Part shown: piece after piece, positions 13,048-28,313 of the stretch
How the letters are laid out: the number at the start of each line of letters is the position of its first letter
Numbering within the stretch: the stretch's first letter is position 1
Assembly (NCBI GenBank): GCA_043228905.1
Contig: JBHGNT010000010.1
Location: 20,336,001-20,400,000, forward strand
Direction: 5' to 3'
DNA length: 64,000 nt
From: Azolla caroliniana
Lineage: Eukaryota; Plantae; Polypodiophyta
Translations under genes and position numbers: made by a program
Notes under the pieces: model-generated
Seen by the model: only the letters and a program-made list of their open reading frames with translations
Databases searched by the model: none
Told to the model about the DNA's origin: nothing

Positions 13048-14663
13048 GCCCTGCTGGCCTCGCGATTCTAGGCTGGGTGGATCTTTTTCACAATAGAATA
13101 GCGTTGGGCGAATATTCATTCAATTCCAGGGAGCCAAACTACGGACGGACAAACAAACGATCAGTCGGACAGACAATCGGCCAGGCGGACAATCGATCCG
13201 TATGAACAATTGGACAATCGAACGGACAAATGATTGCACAGAGCTCTCACGAGAACGCCGAGCAGAAGGTGACCCAAGTCATCAAGATAGTAAAAGCCTC
13301 GTTGATTGGTAAAGAGAGGTTTTTGCCCAAACTCAATGGTCACCTAATATTGTTTACACATACCGAAACATTGAGCTCATGGTTATAGCTCGCTCTAGAG
13401 CATAGTATAAACCATATGTGCATTCGCATTCGTGAATGTTTCAATCAAAGAATGATCAATACCATACTTTTGGATTAACTATTTATTATGAGGTAAATAA
13501 GCCTAAAATTTGGAATAAAACATTAAAAATGGGGAAGAAAATAAAAAAGAAAACACAAGAATGTTTGAATAACATTCGCATTTGTTTTCCAAAGTAGGGA
13601 AAGGAAAACGAATGGTATGCTAGATGCTCTAGAGTTTGATTCCAATGTGGAGACACCCTATGGATTGTAGTCAATGGCATGGGAGAGCTTTGATCTCCAT
13701 CTTTGATGGGACACCAAACTCAAACATGACATTGTTTGGCAAGTGGTTTGGTTCTAACACATTTAAGAGGAGGATCAAGTAGCCTACCCCAAGCAATTGG
13801 TTGGTAATGCAAGTCACATTTGACTCAACAAAGACTTGACAAATGCACTTTCGAGATGATCTAGTCATACAGCATGCAACAACATAGAACTCGAAGCATT
13901 TATGATTAACAAGCATTCGCTTCCAATGTGTTGAGACTAGTCATTGGATTGACAAAGTTCCAATACCAACATGATCAAAATCAAATGCAGCTGAAGCTCC
14001 TCATGATAATAAATACTTTGCAACACCCACCACTCCCCCATCAATTAATAATACCCAGTCACAAAGGGTTTGTTTTTCTTGGGAGGCTTGTGAAGTCTAT
14101 CTACCCAAACCACAAAAGACTAGAAAAGCTGCATGAAACTCCACCTAGTTTGTTTACAATTTGATTACAAGCAAAATTCCATAGCTTTTTTCGTGATGAT
14201 GCTTACACAATGTTGCTAATTTGACGCAGCAATTCATTCCTTGATGCCACTTACACATAATATTTCTTAGAACTCAAATGATGAGACAATTCCCCACTAC
14301 TAGGCACATTTCTGAACAAGTGTGTATGTATCATTCGACATAATATCATCAGCCACAGATCATGACTATTTAACCACATGCATTCACCTATACAATACTT
14401 TCCACATCAAGCAGAAAAACTTAACTGCATTTATCACAATACTTATTAGCAAAAAAACAGCGCAAAAAGATGTTCTCAATAACAAGAAAGTATGACAAAA
14501 ATGCCGCAATAACCACAGAAAATTGCTGTTTATAACACCCTCGTTCGAACTCAGAAGGTAATGGACCAGGCTACCGACCAGATTTTCAAATAAGATAACA
14601 AGTACATGGGATTTAAGGTCAATACTGGATAAATTTGTGGCATAAAAGACACCAGATGGAAAA

Positions 14664-18271
<3,608 letters not shown>

Positions 18272-18374
18272 GTTTGCTCTCCTGCGTCCAGGAATCAAAA
18301 ACTCCGAGAAGAAGAGCTCAGCGACTGCACCAGAGGAAGAAGAGAACCGGATGATCGAGCGATTGTGAAGATAA

Positions 18375-18383
18375 AAACCCTAA
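18375..18383. promoter_or_regulatory. Telo-box (AAACCCTAA) near the RPS18 transcription start
   Basis: Exact match about 105 nt upstream of the ATG; telo-boxes are typical of plant ribosomal-protein genes. Confidence 0.75.
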
Positions 18384-18477
18384 ATCGCGAAATCGGTTTC
18401 ACACGAGGACGGACAAACAGGCGTTCTGGCTTTGTTTGCCCTTATAAAGAAGAAGACAATGGACAAGCACAAACACA

Positions 18478-18481
18478 CATG

Positions 18482-18512
<31 letters not shown>

Positions 18513-18572
18513 TAGTGTATGTTATGTACGTATGTATGCTTATGCATGTATGTATGTGTATGTATGTATGTA
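18478..18572. repeat. (TATG)n microsatellite in the RPS18 promoter
   Basis: Direct read; reads (CATA)n on the gene's sense strand. Confidence 0.9.
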
Positions 18573-19877
18573 CTCTTTGCAATGAAAAAAAACGACTACC
18601 ACTTCGCCTCTTTTAAGATGATTCGGTCCCATTTGCGGCAACTCTGCTTCGCTTCTTGGTCTTGTTAATGTTTTCCCTCGTCGCCTAGAAGCATCTGGTC
18701 CACGTTTTGGAACTTGCCAAATACGGAAAATTTTATCATGACAAATTGTGAAATTGTGCTTCTAAGCAACCCCTATAATTTTGTGCTATAACATGACCAC
18801 TTGAGCTCTATGTTCCTCTCTCATGATAAATATTGGGGATTGGCTCCCCATTGATCAAAATATAAAGAATATATGACCCATGTTGCTTCATCATACAATT
18901 AAACAAAAGAACATGATTTCTATATGCGACACACATATGATGACATTAAAGCATGTTTTTCAACAAATATTTCGAGGTTGCACTAGTTTGCGTAAACTCC
19001 TAACAACATTAGGAATGCTCTATGCCCATAGATTTGACCAAAGAAACAAAATCATGGATAATCCAAACAAAGAAATAGGAAACACAAGTAGTTTTCTTTT
19101 TCTTTTTGGTCCTCCTCACCTACAAGGCTAGCTAGAGAGCATCCATAGGAATAGATTTTGCGACAATAACTTTCATCCATGGTGCATAGATTATTTTACT
19201 TCCATAGAAACCAATCCTTTCATGACGTCCAACATTATAGCATGGATTGTGATTTCATTGGATCCAATCATTCTCAAATCAAAAAGTGGTGTTTTATCAT
19301 AATATTGCATGTAAATCTCTACTTTGTGATAACCTAATGTGTCAACTAAATGCAAAGGTTACAATCAATATCAATGCACTCATTGCACAACTAATTAGAG
19401 GAAAGCAACTTGTGCTAGCTGTAATTAAACATTAATTTTACAATGGATAAAATAATACATGAAGAATTCACCATGACCAAGTACAATGTTGTCTCTCAAT
19501 AATATATCAAACGAAAATATTGATTTGCTTAAACACTTTAGAATAAACACAATGAGTAACATGGTTGATATTTTAAGGGCACATCCTACTTCCCAACTTT
19601 ATAACAAGATTCATTGAAACTCTAGTCAAGTTACATTAGCAGCAAGTGAATGATAAATAATGGCATTCATTCTCATCTTATTCAAGAGACCATAATATAT
19701 CAAGACATATTATTAAGGAAAAGCACAATGCACCACATTGTGATATGGTTGTTGAACTAAGATATCATGCTTTGAGAATTCCAAAACATGTGAATTTCTC
19801 TTTAGTACAATATATACTACATAATGAAGCCAATAGCCAAACCTACGCATTTGACGCTCCACCATGCAATGGAGTCG

Positions 19878-20059
19878 AAAGGCAAACCTATGCATGTAGC
19901 ATTGGTGTTGTGTGATTGCTACTACAACCATTCCAATTATCATCCTCCCTCGTACATACATACTTTCAGTTGAAAGGCAAACCTATGCATGTAGCATTGG
20001 TGCGTGATTGCTACTACAACCATTCCAATTATCATCCTCCCTCGTACATACATACTTTC
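19878..20059. repeat. ~94-bp tandem duplication
   Basis: aaaggcaaacctatgcatgtagcattggtg...cgtacatacatactttc occurs twice. Confidence 0.85.
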
Positions 20060-20531
20060 TTCCCTCAGTTACGCAAAAGAAGCTTTAGTAATTGTAAACC
20101 AATTAAAAGAGCTATTCTAATGTACAAGAAATGGAGACTCAAAAGAACTATTCTAATGTACACTACCATTTGAAATCAATGAACAATATATTTCCCTCGA
20201 CTAACTAGAAGTATCTTCAGCTATAACCAATCGAAAGGCATTGTGCTAGGGTCGAAGCTCTAGGGACTGATCATAATATACACAATCAAGTGAGGTCAAG
20301 AACCAAATGAGTGCACATGATTCATTGTTATTGCCACCCACATTTTCTTGTCTTGGCCAAGGAAACGTGTTTCAGCAACTTGACCCAACAAACAGCACAA
20401 ATCGAAGCACGAGAGAAGGCTCTCCGCAGCTACCCGCCAAATCGAAGCTAGAGAGAAGAAGAAAGGAGGGCCATGGGGCCCATCACCTGTTGGACATATG
20501 TGGCTACGAAACATGGTGGTCTTGATTACCT

Positions 20532-21566
20532 TTAGGATCCAGAGCCCACGAGATCCTCTCGGGACCTTCGGATGGTGAGAGCGACGTGGGATAGGGACCG
20601 GGCCCCGACAGACCAACGGTTGTCCGGACAATTCGTGGCCAACTGTTTGTGTGAATTGGTCCAAGTGAGAAACCTGGTAGGGAAATGGACACCACTAACA
20701 TGACCATGACCATGGTATTGCTGATGCCCACCACCAACACTGTCCCTAGGAAACTTGTCTGAGAAAGATCTTCTCCATCTTCTTCTACTATTGGAAGCTT
20801 CTTCTACAAGCCTTCTTTGATCATCATCATCAACATCTTCTTCTTCTTCTTCTTCAACTTCTTCATTGATTTCAGATCTAAACCCTAACCTTTCTCTGGT
20901 ACCATTGTCAATCAACCTATTCTGTGCAAGTAAAATACCAGTGATGGAACTCTTGTCTTCTTCTTCTCCTTCTTCATTTGTCATTGCTTCATCCGCTTCA
21001 TTTTGTTCTTCTCTTTCTGTTCTTTCTTCTTCTTCTTGTTCCTCTTTAGGTATTTTTTCTGCACTTGTTCGGCAGAGAGGGCAAGTTGTGTGGGAGAAAA
21101 ACCACATGTTGATGCAGTCTGTGTGGAAGATATGCTTGCAAACAGGAAGGAATCTGCATTGCTCACCTTCTTCGAACTCTGATAAACAAACGGCACATTC
21201 AGCCATCGACATAGCTGGCATGCCTTTCTTCATCTTCATCTTGTCGTTCAGCTTCTCGGTATTGTAAATGAATACAGGCAAAGAATCCACCACAGACTTA
21301 TCAAGACCACGAGACAGAGGAGCAGAAGAAGAAGGTGGATGCAAAGGAGCGAGATCAAAGGAGCTCCAAATTGAGCTATGTCTTCCTCTGGCAGCAATCC
21401 ATTTGGAGTAGATGTGGAAGACGAGGACGAAGGCGATGATGAAGAAGAGAATGACGAGAGCAGATATGATGATCTTGGCATTACCATAGTAATGCTGTAT
21501 GGGATCGTTGGTAGAGGTAGGGCCGACGCTGCTCTGCAGGAACAGGTCAGTGTCAGAGGACGCCAT
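20532..21566 (-). CDS. ATL-family RING-H2 E3 ubiquitin ligase, 344 aa, intronless
   Basis: N-terminal TM helix (IIISALVILFFIIAFVLVFHIY), GLD motif (RGLDKSVVDSLPVF), RING-H2 CAVCLSEF...CKHIFHTDCINMWFFSHTTCPLCR, acidic tail. A (GA)n tract lies in the 5' UTR at about 21611-21646. Confidence 0.93.
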   Translation of the reverse strand: MASSDTDLFLQSSVGPTSTNDPIQHYYGNAKIIISALVILFFIIAFVLVFHIYSKWIAARGRHSSIWSSFDLAPLHPPSSSAPLSRGLDKSVVDSLPVFIYNTEKLNDKMKMKKGMPAMSMAECAVCLSEFEEGEQCRFLPVCKHIFHTDCINMWFFSHTTCPLCRTSAEKIPKEEQEEEERTEREEQNEADEAMTNEEGEEEDKSSITGILLAQNRLIDNGTRERLGFRSEINEEVEEEEEEDVDDDDQRRLVEEASNSRRRWRRSFSDKFPRDSVGGGHQQYHGHGHVSGVHFPTRFLTWTNSHKQLATNCPDNRWSVGARSLSHVALTIRRSREDLVGSGS

Positions 21567-21608
21567 AGCTGGCCTCTCTCGAGCTATCTATCCAGACAGA
21601 GCTCAGAT

Positions 21609-21648
<40 letters not shown>

Positions 21649-22073
21649 ACCTTCGGTGTATGTCCGGACAGAGAAGCGTCCTTCATTGGGTGCCAAAAGT
21701 GTGAAGTGTTTTTCTTTTGTTGCCCGGCCATTTGCATTTCCCGGTGGGTTTTTTAAACACCCTGACACTTCGCTTCTGGGGGCGGTTTACATTTCCTGGC
21801 CGATTTTTTTGAACCCTGCCACGTTGTTTCGATCTCTTTGACGGATTGCATTTCCTGGCGGCCTTTCAAAACCTTGCCTTGTTTTAATTGGGGCATCGTG
21901 TATATGAGATTAGGGCACATTAGATGGAAGGATCAACCTTGTCCATCTCACATGGACCCTTGACTTTTTCTTCTTCTTCTTTCCAAAAAAAGGACCCTTG
22001 ACTTTTAAGTATAAACATGACAAACTTGCATCTTTGGACAGAGACGCTCTTCTATGAGTTTTGGTGCCCATAT

Positions 22074-22142
22074 GGATGTAGCTCAATTGGTAAGGTTGCC
22101 CATTGGAGACTAGGAGGTCATCGGTTCAACCCATACATTCCA
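22074..22142 (+). other. tRNA-derived pseudogene or SINE head
   Basis: A-box TAGCTCAATTGGTA, B-box-like GGTTCAACCC, terminal complementarity GGATGTA...TACATTCC(A). The anticodon arm is degenerate. Confidence 0.5.
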
Positions 22143-22553
22143 TAGTGGCATCTAGTAAATTAAGAGGACATAATTGAAGTAATTCAAAGGTGAGAAATTT
22201 GGGTATTGAACCTACGGCCACTTAGCAACTTGTTTGATGGTCTCGTACCTAAGGCCACCTGTATAACAACTTGTTTGATGGGTCTCGAACCCAAAACTAA
22301 TAGTAAATTAAGAGCATATGTATGTTAAGGTAATTATGATAAATTCTTATGAGTCTTGAACCCAAGGCTAGTAGTAAATTAAGAGGATATGTATGGTAAG
22401 GTGATTACGATAAAGAGAGAGGGAGAGAGAATAATAATGATAACTACTCTATTTGGAGGTCAAATATGACCTATGGGACCCAAAATATTACATTTCACAC
22501 AATACATACGAAAGTGAGTAGTGACTCTCGATGTTCGAGCCTCGATTGGCGTC

Positions 22554-23009
22554 TATTAGAAACATGTACTAAAGTAAGCATTAGATAAGGATAGATCTAG
22601 GTAGATAGAAAGAAAGGAGAAAGAGAAAGAAGGGTGCCGATCCACCCGACCACCCTCGAGCGAAGGGATCGAGACGGACTCGAGCCTCGATTGGCGTCCC
22701 ATACCATCGTCGTGGCGTCGAGTTGTACCTGGTGCTGGCGCGCTCGCTACAAGAGTTGACCCACCACAAGACAGAGTCTCGACGTAGTCAACAAGATGAT
22801 GAAATGAGGGTAGCTAGGCCTCTATTTATAGTGATACCCAAGGCCCCCAGCCATGTTCACACTTGGCCTAATGGGTTGTCTCAATCCCGAGGATTTAAAA
22901 GTAATCCTCCCCTTCTTTACACTCTCGTTTAAGCCTCACACTTATCCACGTGTATAGAATACTAAGGTAAATTCTTACCACGTGATATTATATGGTCATG
23001 CCCGTAACA
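22554..23009 (-). repeat. Element A 3' LTR
   Basis: Direct repeat of 29620-30075; adjacent PPT. Confidence 0.92.
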
Positions 23010-23029
23010 TACTCCCCCTCTTTAAAACA

Positions 23030-25394
23030 TTGCACTCTTGCAATGGAAAGTTAGGGAAGTTAGTTTTGAGAGTATTATCGTGTTCCCATGTGACATCTTT
23101 TATCGATTTATCCATCCATTTTATTTTAAATTCTCAGATTTCTTTAGTACGTAATTTTTTTGTTTTAACATCGAGAATTCTTTCTAGTACATGTGGTTTA
23201 GAAGATAAATCTTCAGAAGTAACCAGAGTTTCAATTGTAACTGTATTGTCGCCAGAACCTAGAAGTTCTTTTAGATGACTCACATGAAAGACTGGATGAA
23301 TTCCAACACCATCGGGAAGAGCGAGACGATAGGCTGATGACCCAATGCGTTTGAGGACTTTAAATGGTCCACAAAACCGTGGGGCTAACTTAGCGCACTT
23401 ACCCATAGACAATGTCTTAGAATTGTGAGGTACACGTAAAAATACCTTCTGTCCAGGGTTGAATACACAAGGTTGCCTATGATGATCGGCATAAAAACGC
23501 GCTCTATCTTGAGTTGTTTTATATTATCTGGTGCAATATGCAACATATCTTGCATATCCCGAAGAAAGTTTTGCGTACTTCGCAACTCATCATGATGTAT
23601 ATTAACATCAATCGGGGCTCGTGGCTGAAAAACCATACATCAACATAAAAGGACTATATCCCGTCGATGTATGCTTGGAGTTGTTATAAGCAAACTCCAA
23701 AATTTGGAGATAACGTTCCCATTTTGTTGGTTTTGGACGAACGTATGCTCGAAGCATGTCCTCAATAATTTGATTTACTCGTTCTGTTTGTCCATCGGAT
23801 TGAGGATGATCCGTGGAGCTCATGCTCAACGTAGTTTCTAACTTCTTGAAGACTTGCGTCCAGAAGTCACTAGTAAACTTTGGATCTCGATCACTCACAA
23901 TATCCATCAACAACCCATAAAAACGAAATAACTCGTCAACGAATTGGTAAGCCAATTCAGGAGCTGTTATCGTGGTTTTAGTAGCAATAAATCTGGCCAT
24001 TTTAGTTAGTCGATCAACCACAACCCAGATGGCATCATGGCCTTTTTGGGTGCGTGGAAGGCTAACAATAAAATCCATGGATATACTTTCCCACTTATTA
24101 TTGGGAATGTCCAAGGGATGTAAAAGTCATGCGGCTTTAAGTCGCTCGACTTTGTTAACCTGACATTGGTGACATTTAGTCACATAGCTATGTATGTTAG
24201 GACGCATCTTAGGCCAATAAAATTGAGTGGAGATGAGAACGAGTGTACGATGTATTCTAGGGTGCCCTGTAGAGGGTGCATCATGGCATTAAAAAAGAAT
24301 CCTCTTTTTGACCTCGGGTAAATTTGGAACACAAACCTTCCCATTACGGTAGAGCAGACCGTTAGCAATGTGGAAGTATTCCTTCGAGGATGTGGTGGTG
24401 TCTGTTCCAGACTCAACTCTTGCCCAATGTGGAAGTATTCCTTCGAGGATGTGGTGGTACAAAGATTCATTACATGGACGTCTACTTCCTCTATATAAGT
24501 GTCAATAGAAATTCCTAATGAATGAATCGCCCCGTTGATGTATTGTACTCTTCCATCAGCCAAGTGCATCGTGTAGGTGTGATCACTTACGGTGGGTTGG
24601 ATTCCCCATATCTGAACCAAACGATCATTCACAAAGTTGTGTGAGCTTTCGGAATCAAACAAAAATTGTATGGGAGATCCATTGATATACCCGTTTGCAC
24701 GTAGTAAATCATTGGGACCCAATACATAGTGAGGGAAAGAACATTGACAATTACTAAAATGATGTGTATAGAGCTGAAGGACATTAGGAATCTGACCTTT
24801 ATGGTCTGCAACTTTAGCTTTGTTGTCGTGCTCTTTTTGTTGGAGCTTTCGACATTGTTCTTTTGTATGACCCTTCTTTTTGCAAAATACGCAAAAAGGA
24901 TGTTGTCGCTTACAATCGCGATCCATGAATTCGTTGGGTGTCTTGCATTTCCCAGCAAATTGCGACTACTTAGTCTCAGGCGCTTCGTTGGGTTTATTGT
25001 GGTCCTTCTTCGAAGTGCGTTGATAGCGAAGAACTATTTCAACGACCTCTTCGAAGGATTTTGGATCCTTATCGCGCACTATCTAGTGATAGTCCGAATT
25101 GGGGATGCCATTGATAAAACAAGCTATTAACCAATTGTCCCCTTCTAGACCCGATTTTTGGATTTGGGTTCTAGCATGGTGGACATAGTCTTCTAGCAAG
25201 GAAAATTTCCGACTAGAGAGGTTCATTAAAGCTTGTGCTGCCTCGGTTCGAGAGGGAGGTTGCAAAAATTGGGCCTTGAAAACTGTGACAAAATCTGTCC
25301 AAGTATCGGTCAATTTCCCCAAAGTACGGAGCCCACGCCACCAGGCGGCGGTGTCGTGAAGTTTCGCGCACGTGTGTTGCTTGGGCGGGACCAC
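23030..25394 (-). pseudogene. Element A degenerate gag-protease-integrase-chromodomain
   Basis: Gag AAWW...WTDFVTVFKAQF (25083-25394); CVFCKKKGHTKEQC knuckle and FLFDSESSHNF protease (24480-24926); integrase WESISMDFIVSLP...SDRDPKFTSDFW...HPQSDGQTERVNQ (23608-24114); GPF...HPVFHVSHLK and chromo-like ERILD (23030-23412). Multiple frameshifts and stops. Confidence 0.88.
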
Positions 25395-25605
25395 GGGGGT
25401 CTTGGACTAGGGAGTACTCAAGGGATAGAGAAGACCTGAGGTTTGCTTTACGACAATACTACTTCTCGACCCCTTCCCGAGCAAGGTCTTGTTGCTCTTT
25501 GTTTTGTGAGGCCGGTGGCTCTCGTTGATCACGACTCATCGACCTTCCGAGATCACCGCATGAGCCAAGTGACCAAACGGGTACAAGCAAGATGAGCACG
25601 CAACA

Positions 25606-26357
25606 TGAACGTACAAGGGGACGATAACACAAACACGAATGTCCATACATCTTTATGAGGAGGGGAGGTGCATGGGCACGCCCGAATGCTCCCTCGTCAC
25701 AAGACGTTGAACGTACGAGGAAGACACAAAACACATGCACAAATGCTCGTACGCCTTTATGAGGATGAGAGGTGCATGGGCAAGCCCGACTCCCTCGTCA
25801 CGAGACGACCGAACGTACAAGGAAGACACAAACACACGCACAAAATGTTCGTATGCCTTTATGAGGAGGAGAAGTGCATGGGCAAGCCCGAAACGGTCCC
25901 TCGTCACGAGACAACCGAACATACAAGGAAGACACAAACACACGCACAAAATGCTCGTACGTCTTTATGAGGAGGAGAGGTGCATGGGCACGCCCGAAAC
26001 GCTCCCTCGTCACAAGACGGCCGAACGTACAAGGAAGACACAAACACACACACACAATGCTCGTACGCCTTTATGAGGAGGAGAGGTGCATGGGCACGCC
26101 CGAATGGTCCCCTCGTCACAAGACGACCGAACGTACAAGGAAGACACAAACAGACACACAAATGCTCGTACGCCTTTATGAGGAGGAGAGGTGCATGGGC
26201 AAGCCCAAACGGTCCCCTCGTCACAAGACGACCAAACGTACAAGGAAGACACAAACACACGCACAAAATGCTTGTACGCCTTTATGAGGAGGAGAGGTGC
26301 ATGGGCAAGCCCGAACGGTCCCCTCGTCACAAGACGGCCAAACGTACAAGGAAGACA
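25606..26357. repeat. Tandem array, ~105-bp unit x7, inside element A
   Basis: CATGGGCA anchors at 25671, 25775, 25877, 25983, 26089, 26194 and 26300. Confidence 0.95.
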
Positions 26358-27254
26358 TGAATAAAGAAAGAAGGAGAGAAAGAAACACGAATGATATCGA
26401 CCAAAGAGATAAATACGTGTTCGATTCCAACGCAAGAGGACCCTTTATAAAATAGGGTTTTGTTTACAATGGCAACTTATAGCTAACCACAAGCTCAATC
26501 AAAACATAAATATTAAATGCCCTTAGAGACAAAAACAAATCTGAACACGGCGAAGATGAACACACGAGCACCACCAAAATGCCAATCCCAATGAACCATG
26601 TCCACCCGAAACGGCGAGCACATGGGCTCGCAACGACGAACGGGGCGGAGCAACGTCGAACCAACGAAGCTTGGGCTCACGAGCACTTCGAGTGCTAACG
26701 CGAAGAAGACGAGCACGTGGCGATGGGGGGATAAAGGGGTATGAGATGAAGAGAAGTGGTGAATAAGGAGATGAAGAGCTTCGAAGGAAAATTGGCGATA
26801 GTCTCCTCCTCCCAAAATGTCCTCCCGAATGAGCCCCCCTTGACCTCCTTTTATAGAAAAAAAAGAAAAGGGGGTCGCCAAATTTGTCTTCAGTGAAAAA
26901 GGAATAAAATTCCTTAAATCACACTACACTATAAGTCCAAATTCAAACCGTGCACCTCTAGCTAGTAATCAATGTGACTATCCACTAGCCCACTAACTCT
27001 CACTTATATAACATATAATTCTATCTCTATAAATTCATAGCCTGTCTCCCCTCTACCTTTTATTTCTCCTCTCTCTTACTTTTTGCACGAGCTTCGATAC
27101 CTCCTTTTCACCCTTTCTTTTCCTTTTTATTTTACATATGCACAATCAATCGCTTTTGTGTGCACACACATTGCACATGCACATTTTTGACCCCCCCCTT
27201 TCGTCGGTTTTTCCCACTCTCGAGCACGCCACATCACGACAGCGGCCTTACCCC

Positions 27255-27713
27255 CTAATTCTCGGCCGACATATGCAGTCTTCGTACTATCTGGCGTGGG
27301 ATAGAGCTCAAAATGAGACTCCCATCGGCCCAGCCACGTGCATATTGCTTCTTCGTTCTTTCCTTTTTGTCTCCCGTAAATGGCTTAACAACAAACGATG
27401 GTTCACCCTGTTGCTCATCAGGTCTATTAGTCTCACGTTGTAGACTAATGACACGTGCCTTGAGAGCACTTTGAGATTGCCGAAGTTCGGTCATCTGTTG
27501 AGCGGTGAAACTAAGGTATTGGGTTATTTGCGAAAAATACATCTCAATGGACATTTGTCCAAGAGGATTCCCTTGAGTTCCTTCCGCTTGAGCGGATGAC
27601 ATCAGGTCGTTATTTTGAGCCATTAAATGATTATTTCTGGAAAAGAAATAGGATAAGGTTAGAGAGATAGTCATAACATCATCTCGTGATGTAAACCTAT
27701 CATGGGCGAGCAT
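27255..27713 (-). pseudogene. Gag-like N-terminal ORF remnant in the element A leader
   Basis: 152-aa ORF with a coiled-coil (QMTELRQSQSALKARVISLQ) followed by VVKPFTGD, resembling the P(S/T)F(S/T)G motif at the start of retrotransposon Gag capsid domains. Confidence 0.45.
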
Positions 27714-27913
27714 TAATCGATATTATTATCTCACGTCAATACCCCTCTAGACGTATGAGATGAGGTTCAAGATGAGGTTACTATGGTAACACAAAGGTGT
27801 TTTAAAAACCATGGGGGTGACAAATAAATGTCTTTCCCTGATCTGTATATCGATTTTTTCATGGTGACTCCCCGAGGCTCAACCATGTATGTTCGCGTCA
27901 TGAATAGTTTATA

Positions 27914-28313
27914 CACGAAAAAAATGTTAACAATAAACTATGTTTCGGTGCCCACATATGTGGTTTCGGCTCTTTAAGTCCTATTACGAGGACCCCGAAG
28001 TGCACTTAGACCTCACGAAAAAAATGTTAACAATAAACTATGTTTCAGTGCCCACATATGTGGTTTCGGCTCTTTAAGTCCTATTACGAGGACCCCGAAG
28101 TGCACTTAGACCTCACGAAAAAAATGTTAATAATAAACTATGTTTCGGTGCCCACATATGTGGTTTCGGCTCTTTAAGTCCTATTACGAGGACCCCGAAG
28201 TGCACTTAGACCTCACGAAAAAAATGTTAACAATAAACTATGTTTCGGTGCCCACACATGTGGTTTCGACTCTTTAAGTCCTATTACGAGGACCCTGAAG
28301 TACACTTAGACCT
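27914..28313. repeat. Tandem array, 100-bp unit x4, near-identical, inside the element A leader
   Basis: cacgaaaaaaatgttaa...cacttagacct starting at 27914, 28014, 28114 and 28214. Confidence 0.95.

Noticed and set aside
22074-22142. Functional tRNA gene
   Set aside because: The anticodon and T arms do not pair convincingly and there is no poly-T terminator; kept only as a tRNA-derived relic.
25653-26435. Many overlapping ORFs (70-140 aa) on both strands
   Set aside because: They are translations of the stop-poor 105-bp tandem unit and contain no domain motifs.
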